Positions 1-7,585 of a stretch of 36,076 nucleotides of DNA are shown here, one piece after another. Below the pieces are notes generated by a model that saw nothing but the letters and a program-made list of their open reading frames with translations, made no database searches and was not told the DNA's origin. This DNA is from a virus. Taxonomy: Duplodnaviria; Caudoviricetes. How positions within the stretch are numbered: the first letter of the stretch is position 1; every line of letters begins with the position of its first letter. The stretch covers positions 1 to 36,076 of IMG/VR virus record IMGVR_UViG_3300033067_002443; one strand, written 5' to 3'. The translations under genes and the position numbers were made by a program.

Positions 1-287
1 CCAGGCTTGTCGCCGAGCAGCTCAATCTCCGAGACCTCGAGTTCCACGTACGTCTTGCCGTTGTGCTCCTTCGCCGACAGCGTGCCGACCGCCGCAACGC
101 GTCCGCCCTTCAGCAGGTACGGCCGCAGCGACTCCCCGCGTTTCCCCCAGAGCGAGCAGCGGACCCACGTCGTCGGGCCGTCCTTGCGGGACTTCGTGCC
201 CACGGAGAAGCTGCACACCGAGCGCTCCCCCACGAGGCGAATCTCCGCGTCTCCGCCCAGGTTTCCGATGCACGTAGCGTGGATCAT
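1..287 (-). CDS. ssb: Single-stranded DNA-binding protein (3' end runs off the window)
   Basis: Not in the ORF track. Manual translation from ATG 287 (ATGA overlap with the upstream stop) gives MIHATCIGNLGGDAEIRLVGERSVCSFSVGTKSRKDGPTTWVRCSLWGKRGESLRPYLLKGGRVAAVGTL..., which has the SSB OB-fold motifs GNLG.D, W.RC..WGK and L.KG..V.V.G.L. It lies in a recombination operon. Confidence 0.92.
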   Translation of the reverse strand, partial: MIHATCIGNLGGDAEIRLVGERSVCSFSVGTKSRKDGPTTWVRCSLWGKRGESLRPYLLKGGRVAAVGTLSAKEHNGKTYVELEVSEIELLGDKP

Positions 288-1252
288 CGATCGTCTCCCT
301 TCGCCGCGACTTCGCGGACCTGCGTAAAATGCGTCACCTTGAACGGCGCCGAAGCGCCCAACATCTCGGCAGCCTTCTTCGTGTCGAGGCTCGTGCGACG
401 AGACTCCACGAGGGCCAGTCGTCGCCCGTTCGGCAGCGGCAACGGCTCGCGCCGAGCGTACTCGCGAAGCGTCTCCTCAATGCGCTCGAGTACCAGCTTG
501 TACCGCTTGACCTTCTCCCAGGCGTTGCCGGCCTGGTCGGGCGTCAGGGTCGCCAGCTTCGCGTCGACCGATTCGAGCTCGCCGACGAGCGACAGGGCGA
601 GTCGGGTGTGCGCGGGGCAGTGCGGGAGCGCATTGCAGTATTTGCACCACGGACCCGCAGAGACCGACGGCATACCGCCCTGAGCAACCAGGTCTCGCGC
701 GTCTCGGATGCGGCTCGCGAGCTGTCGAAGGTCCGCCCACCACGCGGCTACGTGGAACGCGTCCACCGGCGTCGCGTCGAGCTCGGAGTCATCCAGGTAC
801 GCGATAGCGCCCATGCCCTGGTCGGCCCCGTGGCGCAGGAGCACGGCCATCGTGCCGACGCGGCACTGCCAGTTGTCGCGTGCCGCCGAGACCCGGCCGC
901 GGCTCTTGAAGTCCACCTGCCACCAGACGCCATCACGGCGGCACTCCAGGTCGACCGTCAGCGCGAGTTCCGTTGGCGACAGGGGGCCGTAGTCCCGAGC
1001 GAGGCCGACCCCGATTTCGCGCACCGCCTGCGTCTCCAGGTCGAGCGCGTAGGCCACTTCGTGGCGCACGTCGGTCGCGCCATCGAGCAGGTCACGCACG
1101 ACCGGACGGGAGCGGTCCCCTTCTTCGATGGCCGCATGATTCTCGGTCCCTTTGATAGCGGCCTCCCCCGTGTGTCCCGCCCCCGGGAGGGCGCAGGACG
1201 CAGGGCAGGCCATCGCGCGCTCGACGCCCGACCCCGTGGTACCGACGCTCAC
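284..1252 (-). CDS. PD-(D/E)XK exonuclease, Cas4/RecB-like, with putative Fe-S cysteine cluster
   Basis: KGTENHAAIE, TVDL...VDFKSRG, WQ motif, N-terminal CPAS and C-terminal WCKYC-x5-CP; located between ERF and SSB. Confidence 0.8.
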   Translation of the reverse strand: MSVGTTGSGVERAMACPASCALPGAGHTGEAAIKGTENHAAIEEGDRSRPVVRDLLDGATDVRHEVAYALDLETQAVREIGVGLARDYGPLSPTELALTVDLECRRDGVWWQVDFKSRGRVSAARDNWQCRVGTMAVLLRHGADQGMGAIAYLDDSELDATPVDAFHVAAWWADLRQLASRIRDARDLVAQGGMPSVSAGPWCKYCNALPHCPAHTRLALSLVGELESVDAKLATLTPDQAGNAWEKVKRYKLVLERIEETLREYARREPLPLPNGRRLALVESRRTSLDTKKAAEMLGASAPFKVTHFTQVREVAAKGDDR

Positions 1253-1869
1253 GCGGCACCCGAGAGGCGCTTGGCAGCCTCGGCGCGAAGGGCAAGCAGG
1301 CGCTGTCGCGCGGCCTGGGTGAGCTGGCGCGCGGAGCCGAGCCGAGCCGCTGCCGCGTCCGCCGCTGCGATGTCGTCGCTCGTCTTGGCCGTCGTGTACC
1401 GCTCGGCGAGCTCGTCGATGATGGGCTCGGGGGTGGGTACCGCCGCGGGGCGGGTCTTGGCGGGCATCGTCGCCGTCTGGGCGTCGTCGTCCTCGTCGGA
1501 GGAGATGCCGACAATGGCGGCGAGCGCGTACCGGCGTGCGTAGGACAGCGCCGAGCCGAAGGCCTGCGGGTCCTTCTTCGCGACCGGGAGGAAGAGCTCA
1601 CCGCGGATCCACTCCCCCGACTCGTGCAGGAGCCAGGTCACGACGCACACGCCCGCGTCGCCGTGGGGCGCCGTCGTCTGCACCGTCGAGAGCCCGTGCT
1701 TGGGCAGTACCAGCTGGAGGGCGTCGCGCACGCTGGAGAGCGACGCGTACCGGTTCTTGAAGTGCGGGTTGGTCGCGTCCTTCTTCGCGTCCTTCAGGCT
1801 CGCTTGTGCCGCGGCGAGAGCCTTGGCGAGTGCCCCCAGCGTCGGTGAATGCATCTGCTCCATGGTCAA
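1249..1869 (-). CDS. erf: ERF-family single-strand annealing protein
   Basis: KDATNPHFKNRYASL, LLHESGEWI and DPQAFGSALSYARRYALAAIVGISSDEDDDA are ERF signatures. Confidence 0.92.
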   Translation of the reverse strand: MTMEQMHSPTLGALAKALAAAQASLKDAKKDATNPHFKNRYASLSSVRDALQLVLPKHGLSTVQTTAPHGDAGVCVVTWLLHESGEWIRGELFLPVAKKDPQAFGSALSYARRYALAAIVGISSDEDDDAQTATMPAKTRPAAVPTPEPIIDELAERYTTAKTSDDIAAADAAAARLGSARQLTQAARQRLLALRAEAAKRLSGAA

Positions 1870-2117
1870 CCCACCCTCCGGAAAGCCATCTGCTGCAACT
1901 CCGCGATTTTCCCGTCGCGCTCCTCCAGCTCCTTCTTGAGCCGGGCGATCTCCTGGTCCTTCTCCCAGAGGTCGTCACACATCGCACCGTTCTGCTCGGC
2001 GATGGCCTTCACCTCGCGCCGCAGCTCCCGGTTCTCCAGGTCGATGGCGTGCACCGCGTCACCCATCGAGAGCAGCAGCGCCCGGACCTTGCTCTCGTGG
2101 TCCACCGGGCCGCTCAC
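1866..2117 (-). CDS. Hypothetical coiled-coil protein
   Basis: 83-aa ORF coupled by 4-nt overlaps on both sides; heptad-like E/K/L-rich sequence. Confidence 0.7.
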   Translation of the reverse strand: MSGPVDHESKVRALLLSMGDAVHAIDLENRELRREVKAIAEQNGAMCDDLWEKDQEIARLKKELEERDGKIAELQQMAFRRVG

Positions 2118-2362
2118 TGCGCAGCCTCGTCATGCACGCACACGTCGTCGTCCGACTCGAGCTCATCGCCGAGGTACTCGCTCAGCACCTGGTCCGCGAG
2201 GGCATCACGGTGCCACTCCTCGCCGTTCTCCCAGCGCCTCTCGGCGTCGTAGTCGATGGCAGGGAGGGTGATGCGCTCCTCCGGGGTGGAGTACATCCAG
2301 TCCCGGTCCTCGCAGTCGCAAAACCCGATCTCCTCGCACACACTCGGGCGGGAGCAGCTCAC
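2114..2362 (-). CDS. Hypothetical acidic protein
   Basis: 82-aa ORF with GTGA overlaps within the leftward operon. Confidence 0.65.
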   Translation of the reverse strand: MSCSRPSVCEEIGFCDCEDRDWMYSTPEERITLPAIDYDAERRWENGEEWHRDALADQVLSEYLGDELESDDDVCVHDEAAQ

Positions 2363-2574
2363 GACTTCACCCCGCAGTCACGGCAGCCGCCCTCGGGGTT
2401 GCCCGCGCAGCGGTAGCAGGCCGTTGGAGCGGCCAGCATCGCGTCGATGCGCGCCAACATCGCGTCGCAGGCGGCCATGCCGTCGACGGCTTCGCGGGCC
2501 GTCTGGAGGGCCTCCTGCTCGGCAGGGGTCAGGATGAGTGAGTCGATCGAGAGGGCGGGAGTGCTTCGGTGCAT
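2359..2574 (-). CDS. Hypothetical protein with C-terminal CxxC...CxxC, first gene of the leftward early operon
   Basis: 71 aa, CYRC...CRDC; ATG lies 6 nt downstream of a predicted -10 element. Confidence 0.65.
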   Translation of the reverse strand: MHRSTPALSIDSLILTPAEQEALQTAREAVDGMAACDAMLARIDAMLAAPTACYRCAGNPEGGCRDCGVKS

Positions 2575-2580
2575 TCCCAG

Positions 2581-2614
2581 AGCTTACGCACGGCCGCGTA
2601 CGGGTCAAGGCGTA
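2581..2614 (-). promoter_or_regulatory. PL-like sigma70 promoter overlapped by two TACG-N8-CGTA operator-like palindromes
   Basis: Minus strand TTGACC (2608-2603)-N16-TAAGCT (2586-2581); palindromes at 2585-2600 and 2599-2614. Confidence 0.65.
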
Positions 2615-2632
2615 AAGCGTATGTCTAACGCA

Positions 2633-3274
2633 TCACTGCGAGATACGTACGCTTTTCCGGACACCTTTTGCGTAGGTCGACATGCTGACGCCGCCGGGCC
2701 ACGTGAAAAGCCTCACTCCGTCCTCGATCGTGACCGTGGGCTCGCCACGTTTCGCCGTTTCTGCATCGCGCATCGCAGCCAGATCGCCGCCCTCGTAGAG
2801 CGTGTCCACACGGCTCGCGAGTCCCTCCTTGAAGCCGACGGCGAAAATCGGCCCCTCGGACGTCATGCACCCCATCAGCGACGGCGAGTCCTCGATGTAA
2901 CCCCACTGCTGCGTACAGATTTGTCGCACTTCCTTCGGTGTCGACCCGAGCTCCGGGGCCACGGGGCGCGCTCGGATGCGCTTCCTCTCGGCGGCCCCCT
3001 CATCCGTGGCAACAGTGGGAGCAGGAGCCGGGCTGGGCTGGCGAACGGCCTCGACGAGCTCGGCGTGCTGCCGCTGGCTGGCGGCGGCGGCGCGCTCCTG
3101 CGCTTCGATGGCGTCACACTGCCCGTCCTCGATCGCACTCAAGGCCTGAGTGTTTTGCGTCGAGAAGCTGCGACTGAAGCGATTGCCCGCGACGCGCCGG
3201 CGGCAGGCCTCAGCTTGTGTCTTCGGAGGAGGGACACATGCAACGAGAAGCAGCAAAACCAGGGCCTTGCGCAT
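2633..3274 (-). CDS. Putative lipoprotein co-transcribed with the repressor (superinfection-exclusion candidate)
   Basis: Start re-called to MRKALVLLLLVAC (basic N-terminus, hydrophobic core, lipobox Cys); the start overlaps the repressor stop. Confidence 0.6.
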   Translation of the reverse strand: MRKALVLLLLVACVPPPKTQAEACRRRVAGNRFSRSFSTQNTQALSAIEDGQCDAIEAQERAAAASQRQHAELVEAVRQPSPAPAPTVATDEGAAERKRIRARPVAPELGSTPKEVRQICTQQWGYIEDSPSLMGCMTSEGPIFAVGFKEGLASRVDTLYEGGDLAAMRDAETAKRGEPTVTIEDGVRLFTWPGGVSMSTYAKGVRKSVRISQ

Positions 3275-3753
3275 CACATCTTCCTCATCCGCTCGAGACC
3301 CTTCTCCAGCGCGTCGAGCTTCGACGCCCATTCGGGTGCTGCGAAGTCGCTGTTCCCGAAGAAGCCGGCTCGTGCGGCGGCGATGGTCCACGGCGACCAG
3401 TGCTTCGTGCTCGCGTGGAAGTCGATGCAGACCGTCAGATTCTTGAACGGGTCGTGTCCCGCGACGAGTCCGGCGGCGATGGCGGCGGGGGCGTGCTCGG
3501 CCTCCTTGAAGTCCCCGATGAGGTCCTCGAGCGTCTCCTTGCCATCGAGCACGGCGATCTCGGTCGCGATCTTGGGGGAGGGCGTGTACTCGCCCGCGAT
3601 GAGCTTCGAGATGGTCTGCTGAGACACGCCGAGGGCGAGCGCCATCTTCACCTGCGCGCGCGGCTGCCCCTTGAAGTGCTTGTTCCAGACACGCAGAGCG
3701 GCCTCCTTGATGAGGTCCGCTTGCTCGTCCGTGTACGGTTTTTTCGCAGCCAT
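3274..3753 (-). CDS. CI-like XRE HTH repressor
   Basis: QVKMALALGVSQQTISKLIAGEYTPS HTH; divergent from a Cro-like gene; no S24 peptidase domain is visible. Confidence 0.8.
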   Translation of the reverse strand: MAAKKPYTDEQADLIKEAALRVWNKHFKGQPRAQVKMALALGVSQQTISKLIAGEYTPSPKIATEIAVLDGKETLEDLIGDFKEAEHAPAAIAAGLVAGHDPFKNLTVCIDFHASTKHWSPWTIAAARAGFFGNSDFAAPEWASKLDALEKGLERMRKM

Positions 3754-3775
3754 CTCGGGATCTAATCGCCTCCGC

Positions 3776-3833
3776 ATACGCCTATCAAGCTGTAATCCTT
3801 GCGCCGTACGCCGTGACGCGTTAGGTGTACGTC
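3776..3833. promoter_or_regulatory. cI/cro divergent control region
   Basis: Intergenic and AT-enriched; TTGCGC at 3799-3804; operator-like TACG-N8-CGTT at 3807-3822 resembling the PL palindromes. Confidence 0.5.
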
Positions 3834-4088
3834 ATGGCACCAAAGCGCGGCGGCGTACGCTTGAGGGACTGGCTCCGAGAGGAGCGGAGGACGCAGAAGT
3901 GGTTGGGCGACCAGATCGGCACCCACCAGACCAACGTGAGCGCCTGGATCCTTGGGCGGGCGATCCCGCTCGAGATGGCGCTGGCGATCCGGCGGGTCAC
4001 GGGAATCGCCGTCGAAGCCTGGGCCGAGGAGGCGGAGCCCTCTCGGCCATCGAAACCGCCATCGGCGGGGAAGCAGCGAGCGGCCTGA
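3834..4088 (+). CDS. Cro-like XRE HTH regulator
   Basis: LRDWLREERRTQKWLGDQIGTHQTNVSAWILGRAIPLEMALAIRRVTG, a short HTH protein divergent from the repressor. Confidence 0.82.
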   Translation: MAPKRGGVRLRDWLREERRTQKWLGDQIGTHQTNVSAWILGRAIPLEMALAIRRVTGIAVEAWAEEAEPSRPSKPPSAGKQRAA

Positions 4089-4119
4089 CATCCCTCCCAG
4101 CCTGATCGGGACAAGGGCC

Positions 4120-4147
4120 CGCGTCAGCGCTGAACGCGTCGATTTTT
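4120..4147 (+). terminator. Possible tR1-like intrinsic terminator after cro
   Basis: CGCGT-CAGCGCTGA-ACGCG hairpin followed by TCGA and TTTTT; the U-tract is offset by 4 nt. Confidence 0.35.
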
Positions 4148-4214
4148 CCGTGCGCAGGCTGCGCGCGTGACCAGCACTGCTCCTGCCGGAGTCGTTCAGG
4201 TGTGTGAGGAATAC

Positions 4215-4874
4215 ATGAATCAATCTGCGATGGTGACGACGAAGACAGTCTCGGTCGACGGGTGGAACCTCCTTGTCGGCGATGACGACGAGCCGATGGT
4301 GCTCGACGAGGAGCTTGCGCGGCGGCTCGGCTACGCGCGGCCTCGCAAGGTTCGCGACCTAATTCGCCGGTTGTTCAATGATTCCGACGTACGCCCCACC
4401 GTGGGGCGCACGGTGGTCGGAGTCGCCGAGCGCACGGTGGTGACCTACCACCTCACGGAGGCGCAGGCCCTGAAGGTCATCGCGAAGAGCGACACGGCCG
4501 TCGCTGACGCAATCCTTGACGAGGTGATCGACGTCTTCATCAAGGCGCGCAAAGGCCTGCTCCTCCCCCGAGCCCAGCCACTCTCGCTCGACATCGCCCA
4601 CGGCCCTCGTGTCGGTGACGTGCCGAACGTCCGTGAGGACCTCTCCGCCCTCTGCGCGATGACGGCTCGTGCGTCGGGTCACTCGCTGCGGCGCATCCAC
4701 GGCTTCCTTCGTCGGACGTACCGTGTCCCCGGCATCCATCACATCGCGCTGGTGTTGTATCCCGCGGTCAAGCAGACGCTGGAGGCCATCGGCCTGGGCC
4801 GTCTGCACCTGGCTCGTGCGCTTCCTGCTGCCCCGGTCGACAAGCGCCAGCTCGCGCTCTGGAAGGTGAACTGA
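4215..4874 (+). CDS. Phage antirepressor-like DNA-binding protein
   Basis: GAGGA RBS; VLDEELARRLGYARPRKVRDLIRR...YHLTEAQALKVIAKSDT...EVIDVF resembles phage antirepressor N-terminal domains; position just after cro. Confidence 0.65.
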   Translation: MNQSAMVTTKTVSVDGWNLLVGDDDEPMVLDEELARRLGYARPRKVRDLIRRLFNDSDVRPTVGRTVVGVAERTVVTYHLTEAQALKVIAKSDTAVADAILDEVIDVFIKARKGLLLPRAQPLSLDIAHGPRVGDVPNVREDLSALCAMTARASGHSLRRIHGFLRRTYRVPGIHHIALVLYPAVKQTLEAIGLGRLHLARALPAAPVDKRQLALWKVN

Positions 4875-4993
4875 TGGAGGCCGCCGACAAGCTCGAAGCC
4901 CTCGCCTGGATGCTCGTCGCCATCGGCGTTGCCCTTGGCGCGGTGATCGGCGTCTGCGTCGCTGGCTTCGCCGGCTGGGGGTGCGGGCCGTGA
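4874..4993 (+). CDS. Small membrane protein (39 aa)
   Basis: Below the ORF-track cutoff: MEAADKLEALAWMLVAIGVALGAVIGVCVAGFAGWGCGP; TGATG and GTGA coupling to both neighbours. Confidence 0.55.
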   Translation: MEAADKLEALAWMLVAIGVALGAVIGVCVAGFAGWGCGP

Positions 4994-5175
4994 GCGGGGA
5001 TTTCCTGCTCTTCGCCTTCATGGTGGGGCTGGTGTTCTCGTCAATTCTCCACGGCCTCGGGCGGCTGGTTGATGCGCTGAGGGGGACATGGCTCTTTCAC
5101 CGAAGGCTCCTGGCCCTCGAGAAGAGGGCGGCAGCGCTCCAGGAAGAACTCGCCCACAAGCGGGGCGAGTCGTGA
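4990..5175 (+). CDS. Small membrane protein
   Basis: Hydrophobic N-terminus FLLFAFMVGLVFSSIL and a coiled-coil tail; coupled overlaps. Confidence 0.55.
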   Translation: MSGDFLLFAFMVGLVFSSILHGLGRLVDALRGTWLFHRRLLALEKRAAALQEELAHKRGES

Positions 5176-5414
5176 ACCACGCCGAACGCCTTCGGACGCG
5201 GCTCATGGTCGCCGCGCAGAAGTTTGCCAGCGAGGTGGCTGACGCCGTGCTCGAGGCAACCGGGGAGCAGGGCGAGGCTCCCGCTCCGCCCGTGAAAAGG
5301 CGTCGCGCCCCGACGCGCGTTCCGTCGGTCGTCTCGGCACCCACAACCACTGAGGACCTGGGGGCCGACCGTGCTGCGGCGAACGCGCTCGCCAAGCTAG
5401 GGATCCGGGGATGA
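5172..5414 (+). CDS. Hypothetical protein immediately upstream of the integrase
   Basis: GTG start overlaps the previous stop; its stop overlaps the int ATG. Confidence 0.6.
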   Translation: MNHAERLRTRLMVAAQKFASEVADAVLEATGEQGEAPAPPVKRRRAPTRVPSVVSAPTTTEDLGADRAAANALAKLGIRG

Positions 5415-6604
5415 CTCGCGCACGCAACGCACCTGGAGAGGGCAACGTCGAATCGCTGCCCTCGGGTCGGTTCTCCGTTCGCGTCCCGGTTGGTGGCCAG
5501 GCTGGTCGCCGCCTGCCGGGGACCTACGCCACCTTCGAGGAGGCCGACGCCGTGCGCCGTGCGGCGGTCCGGCAGCTCATCAACGCGGGGCGTGCCGCGG
5601 TCGGTGGGGTGACGTTGCGGGCGTTCGCGTACGCGGCTCTCGACCGGTGGGCCCTCCGCGGGAACCGGAGCATCAGCGACGACAAGAACATGCTCGAGGT
5701 CCACATCGCCACGGCGCACTTCGCCGACTGGCCGATCCAGAACATCCGTCGCGTCGACGTGAAGCGCTGGCGCGACGAACTCCTCCGGAAGAAAGCCGTC
5801 CGCGCCATCACACGAGGGCCGAAGGGGGCGCGCGTCGTCGAGCGCATCGAGACCGATCGACCGCTCGCCCGGCAACGCATCATCAACGTGCTCTCGCTCC
5901 TTCGGCGCGTGTTCAACGAAGCGCTCGAGGACGACCTGGTGGAGGCGAACCCCGCGCTCGAGGTCTACGCCCCGAAGCAGCGTCGGACCGACGAGCCGTG
6001 GACGTACCTCACGCTCGAGGAGCAGCACGCGCTCCTGGCGGTCGTGCCGGAACGAGACAGGCCCCTCGTCGGGTTCATGATCGGAACCGGCATGCGGGAA
6101 GGGGAGGTCTACGCCCTCCGAGCCGAAGACGTCCTGCTGACCGGCGACAACCCAGAGGTGATCGTCCGCTTCGGCAGCCCTGGCAAGCCCCCGAAGAACG
6201 GCCGCATCCGCCGCGTCGCGCTCTTCGGCCTCGGGCTGCTCGCCGCCCAAGAACAGGACGCGCTCTCCCTCCGGCAGCGAAACAAGCTCGGCCTCTTCTT
6301 CCCCGGCGAGCGGGGTGGCCACCGGCCCAAGAAGAAGGCCCCCAAGGGGTGGGCTGGGTGGCTTCGGGCCGCTGGCATCACGCGCCGGGTGCGCGTCCAC
6401 GACCTCCGCCACACGTGCGCCGCTGCCCTCGTCTCCGGGATGTGGGGCCGCGCCTGGAGGCTCGAGGAGGTCCGGGACCAACTGGGCCACTCCACGATCA
6501 AAGTCACGGAGCGGTACGCCCATCTGGCGTCGACAGCGCTCCGAATGGCTGCGCAGGCCACGCCGGGGCCACGAACCCTCATTTTGCCCGAAGAAAGCAG
6601 GTAG
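5411..6604 (+). CDS. int: Tyrosine recombinase / phage integrase
   Basis: TGMREGE (R), PPKNG (K), HDLRHT (HxxR), LGHS and ERY (Y); N-terminal GEGNV...GRF arm-binding-like domain; attP-like tRNA fragment immediately downstream. Confidence 0.95.
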   Translation: MTRARNAPGEGNVESLPSGRFSVRVPVGGQAGRRLPGTYATFEEADAVRRAAVRQLINAGRAAVGGVTLRAFAYAALDRWALRGNRSISDDKNMLEVHIATAHFADWPIQNIRRVDVKRWRDELLRKKAVRAITRGPKGARVVERIETDRPLARQRIINVLSLLRRVFNEALEDDLVEANPALEVYAPKQRRTDEPWTYLTLEEQHALLAVVPERDRPLVGFMIGTGMREGEVYALRAEDVLLTGDNPEVIVRFGSPGKPPKNGRIRRVALFGLGLLAAQEQDALSLRQRNKLGLFFPGERGGHRPKKKAPKGWAGWLRAAGITRRVRVHDLRHTCAAALVSGMWGRAWRLEEVRDQLGHSTIKVTERYAHLASTALRMAAQATPGPRTLILPEESR

Positions 6605-6621
6605 ATCGTGCTCTACGCATT

Positions 6622-6670
6622 CGGTTTCGTAAACCGTAGGTCTCGAGTTCAAATCTCGAAAGTGGCTCCA
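6622..6670 (+). other. attP core: 3' half of tRNA-Thr(CGT)
   Basis: Anticodon arm CGGT-TT[CGT]AA-ACCG, T-arm TCGAG-TTCAAAT-CTCGA, acceptor 3' strand AAGTGGC, discriminator T and CCA. The 5' GCCACTT strand and D-arm are absent. It starts 18 nt after the int stop. Confidence 0.85.
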
Positions 6671-6674
6671 CACT

Positions 6675-6845
6675 TAGGTCACCCCGCGTGGCCTACCGTG
6701 GCATACAGCTCCAGCCACGCGCAACTGCGCGAAACCTGGCGCACCCTTCGGCGACTTCTGGGGCTCACTGAGCCTCGGTCGCCCAGGTGTGTTTCGACGA
6801 AACACGCCTCCGCCCCCTGGACCTACCCCGTCGGCGTGCCGCGGG
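6675..6845 (+). other. Structured non-coding segment downstream of attP (several stem-loops)
   Basis: Stems at 6675-6695, 6718-6731, 6750-6783 (nested GGCGAC/GTCGCC around GGCTCA-C-TGAGCC) and 6785-6809 (AGGTGTGTTTCG-A-CGAAACACGCCT). Confidence 0.55.
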
Positions 6846-6864
6846 TGACCTGCGGGGGTGCGTC

Positions 6865-7077
6865 GTGAGGGCCCCGGTCTGGGTGGTGAAGGTGCGCGGG
6901 CATGGCTCGGTCTCGGCCGACCTGTATTACAGCCTGGCCCTCTACGTTGGCTGGTTCACGACGAACCAGCGAGTCGCCTACCGCTACCATCTTCGTGCAG
7001 ACGCTGAGCGTCGCGCCGCCGAGTTCCCTGGCTCTCGCGTCGTCCGCCTCGTGCCTCGGAAGCGGGGTGGGCGGTGA
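6865..7077 (+). CDS. Hypothetical protein
   Basis: GTG start after GGGGG; WVVKVRG...RVVRLVPRK is typical of small phage ORFs. Confidence 0.55.
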   Translation: MRAPVWVVKVRGHGSVSADLYYSLALYVGWFTTNQRVAYRYHLRADAERRAAEFPGSRVVRLVPRKRGGR

Positions 7078-7153
7078 GTGCACGCAGCGAGATGGCCAGG
7101 ATGGTGCCGTCGACCTGGCACGCCGAGTTGCGCGTGTCGCTCCCGAGGCAACC

Positions 7154-7585
7154 ATGAGGGCCCTCCTCGCCGCCGCCCTCCTCGCCAGCCTCGTGCAGGC
7201 CATGCACGGATGGCTTCCCGACTCCGACCCGGTGGACCTGGCCCGGGCGATTCTCGCGGTCACCGACGACCCGCACGAGATGATGCTGCTCGCGCGTATT
7301 GCTTTCCGAGAAAGCTCCTTCCGTCCCGACGTCGCCGACTGCCGGGTGAAGGGTCGACAAGGTGAGCTCGGCGCATGGCAGATCTTGCCAAGGTCCGCGA
7401 CCGAAGCGTCCCGCCTTTGCGTGTCGCTCGAAGGTGACGCACGGCTCGCGCTCGAGCGAATCCGAGAGAGCGTCGCGGCGTGCCGCCACCTTCGTCCCGA
7501 GTGGCGGTTGGCGATTTACACTCGTGGAAAATGCAACAGCCGTGAAGGCCACAAGCTCTCGGAGGCGCGATGGGTCGCCCCGTGA
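7154..7585 (+). CDS. Secreted lytic-transglycosylase (SLT/lysozyme-like) domain protein
   Basis: Signal peptide MRALLAAALLASLVQA; catalytic motif IAFRESSF, GELGAWQI (GxMQ-like) and LAIY. Confidence 0.65.
   Translation: MRALLAAALLASLVQAMHGWLPDSDPVDLARAILAVTDDPHEMMLLARIAFRESSFRPDVADCRVKGRQGELGAWQILPRSATEASRLCVSLEGDARLALERIRESVAACRHLRPEWRLAIYTRGKCNSREGHKLSEARWVAP

Noticed and set aside
284-1252. CRISPR-Cas system suggested by the Cas4-like gene
   Set aside because: No repeat-spacer array or other cas genes seen; the ERF/SSB context indicates recombination.
6596-6670. Complete phage tRNA-Thr gene
   Set aside because: No 5' acceptor strand complementary to AAGTGGC and no D-arm; only the 3' half is present, consistent with attP.
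5018-6673. 551-aa minus-strand ORF spanning int and attP
   Set aside because: Shadow of the integrase; its N-terminus (WSHFRDLNSRPTVYET) is just the reverse translation of the tRNA fragment.
7116-7132. Second sigma54-like site TGGCACGCCGAGTTGC
   Set aside because: GG-to-GC spacing is 11 nt rather than the strict 10.
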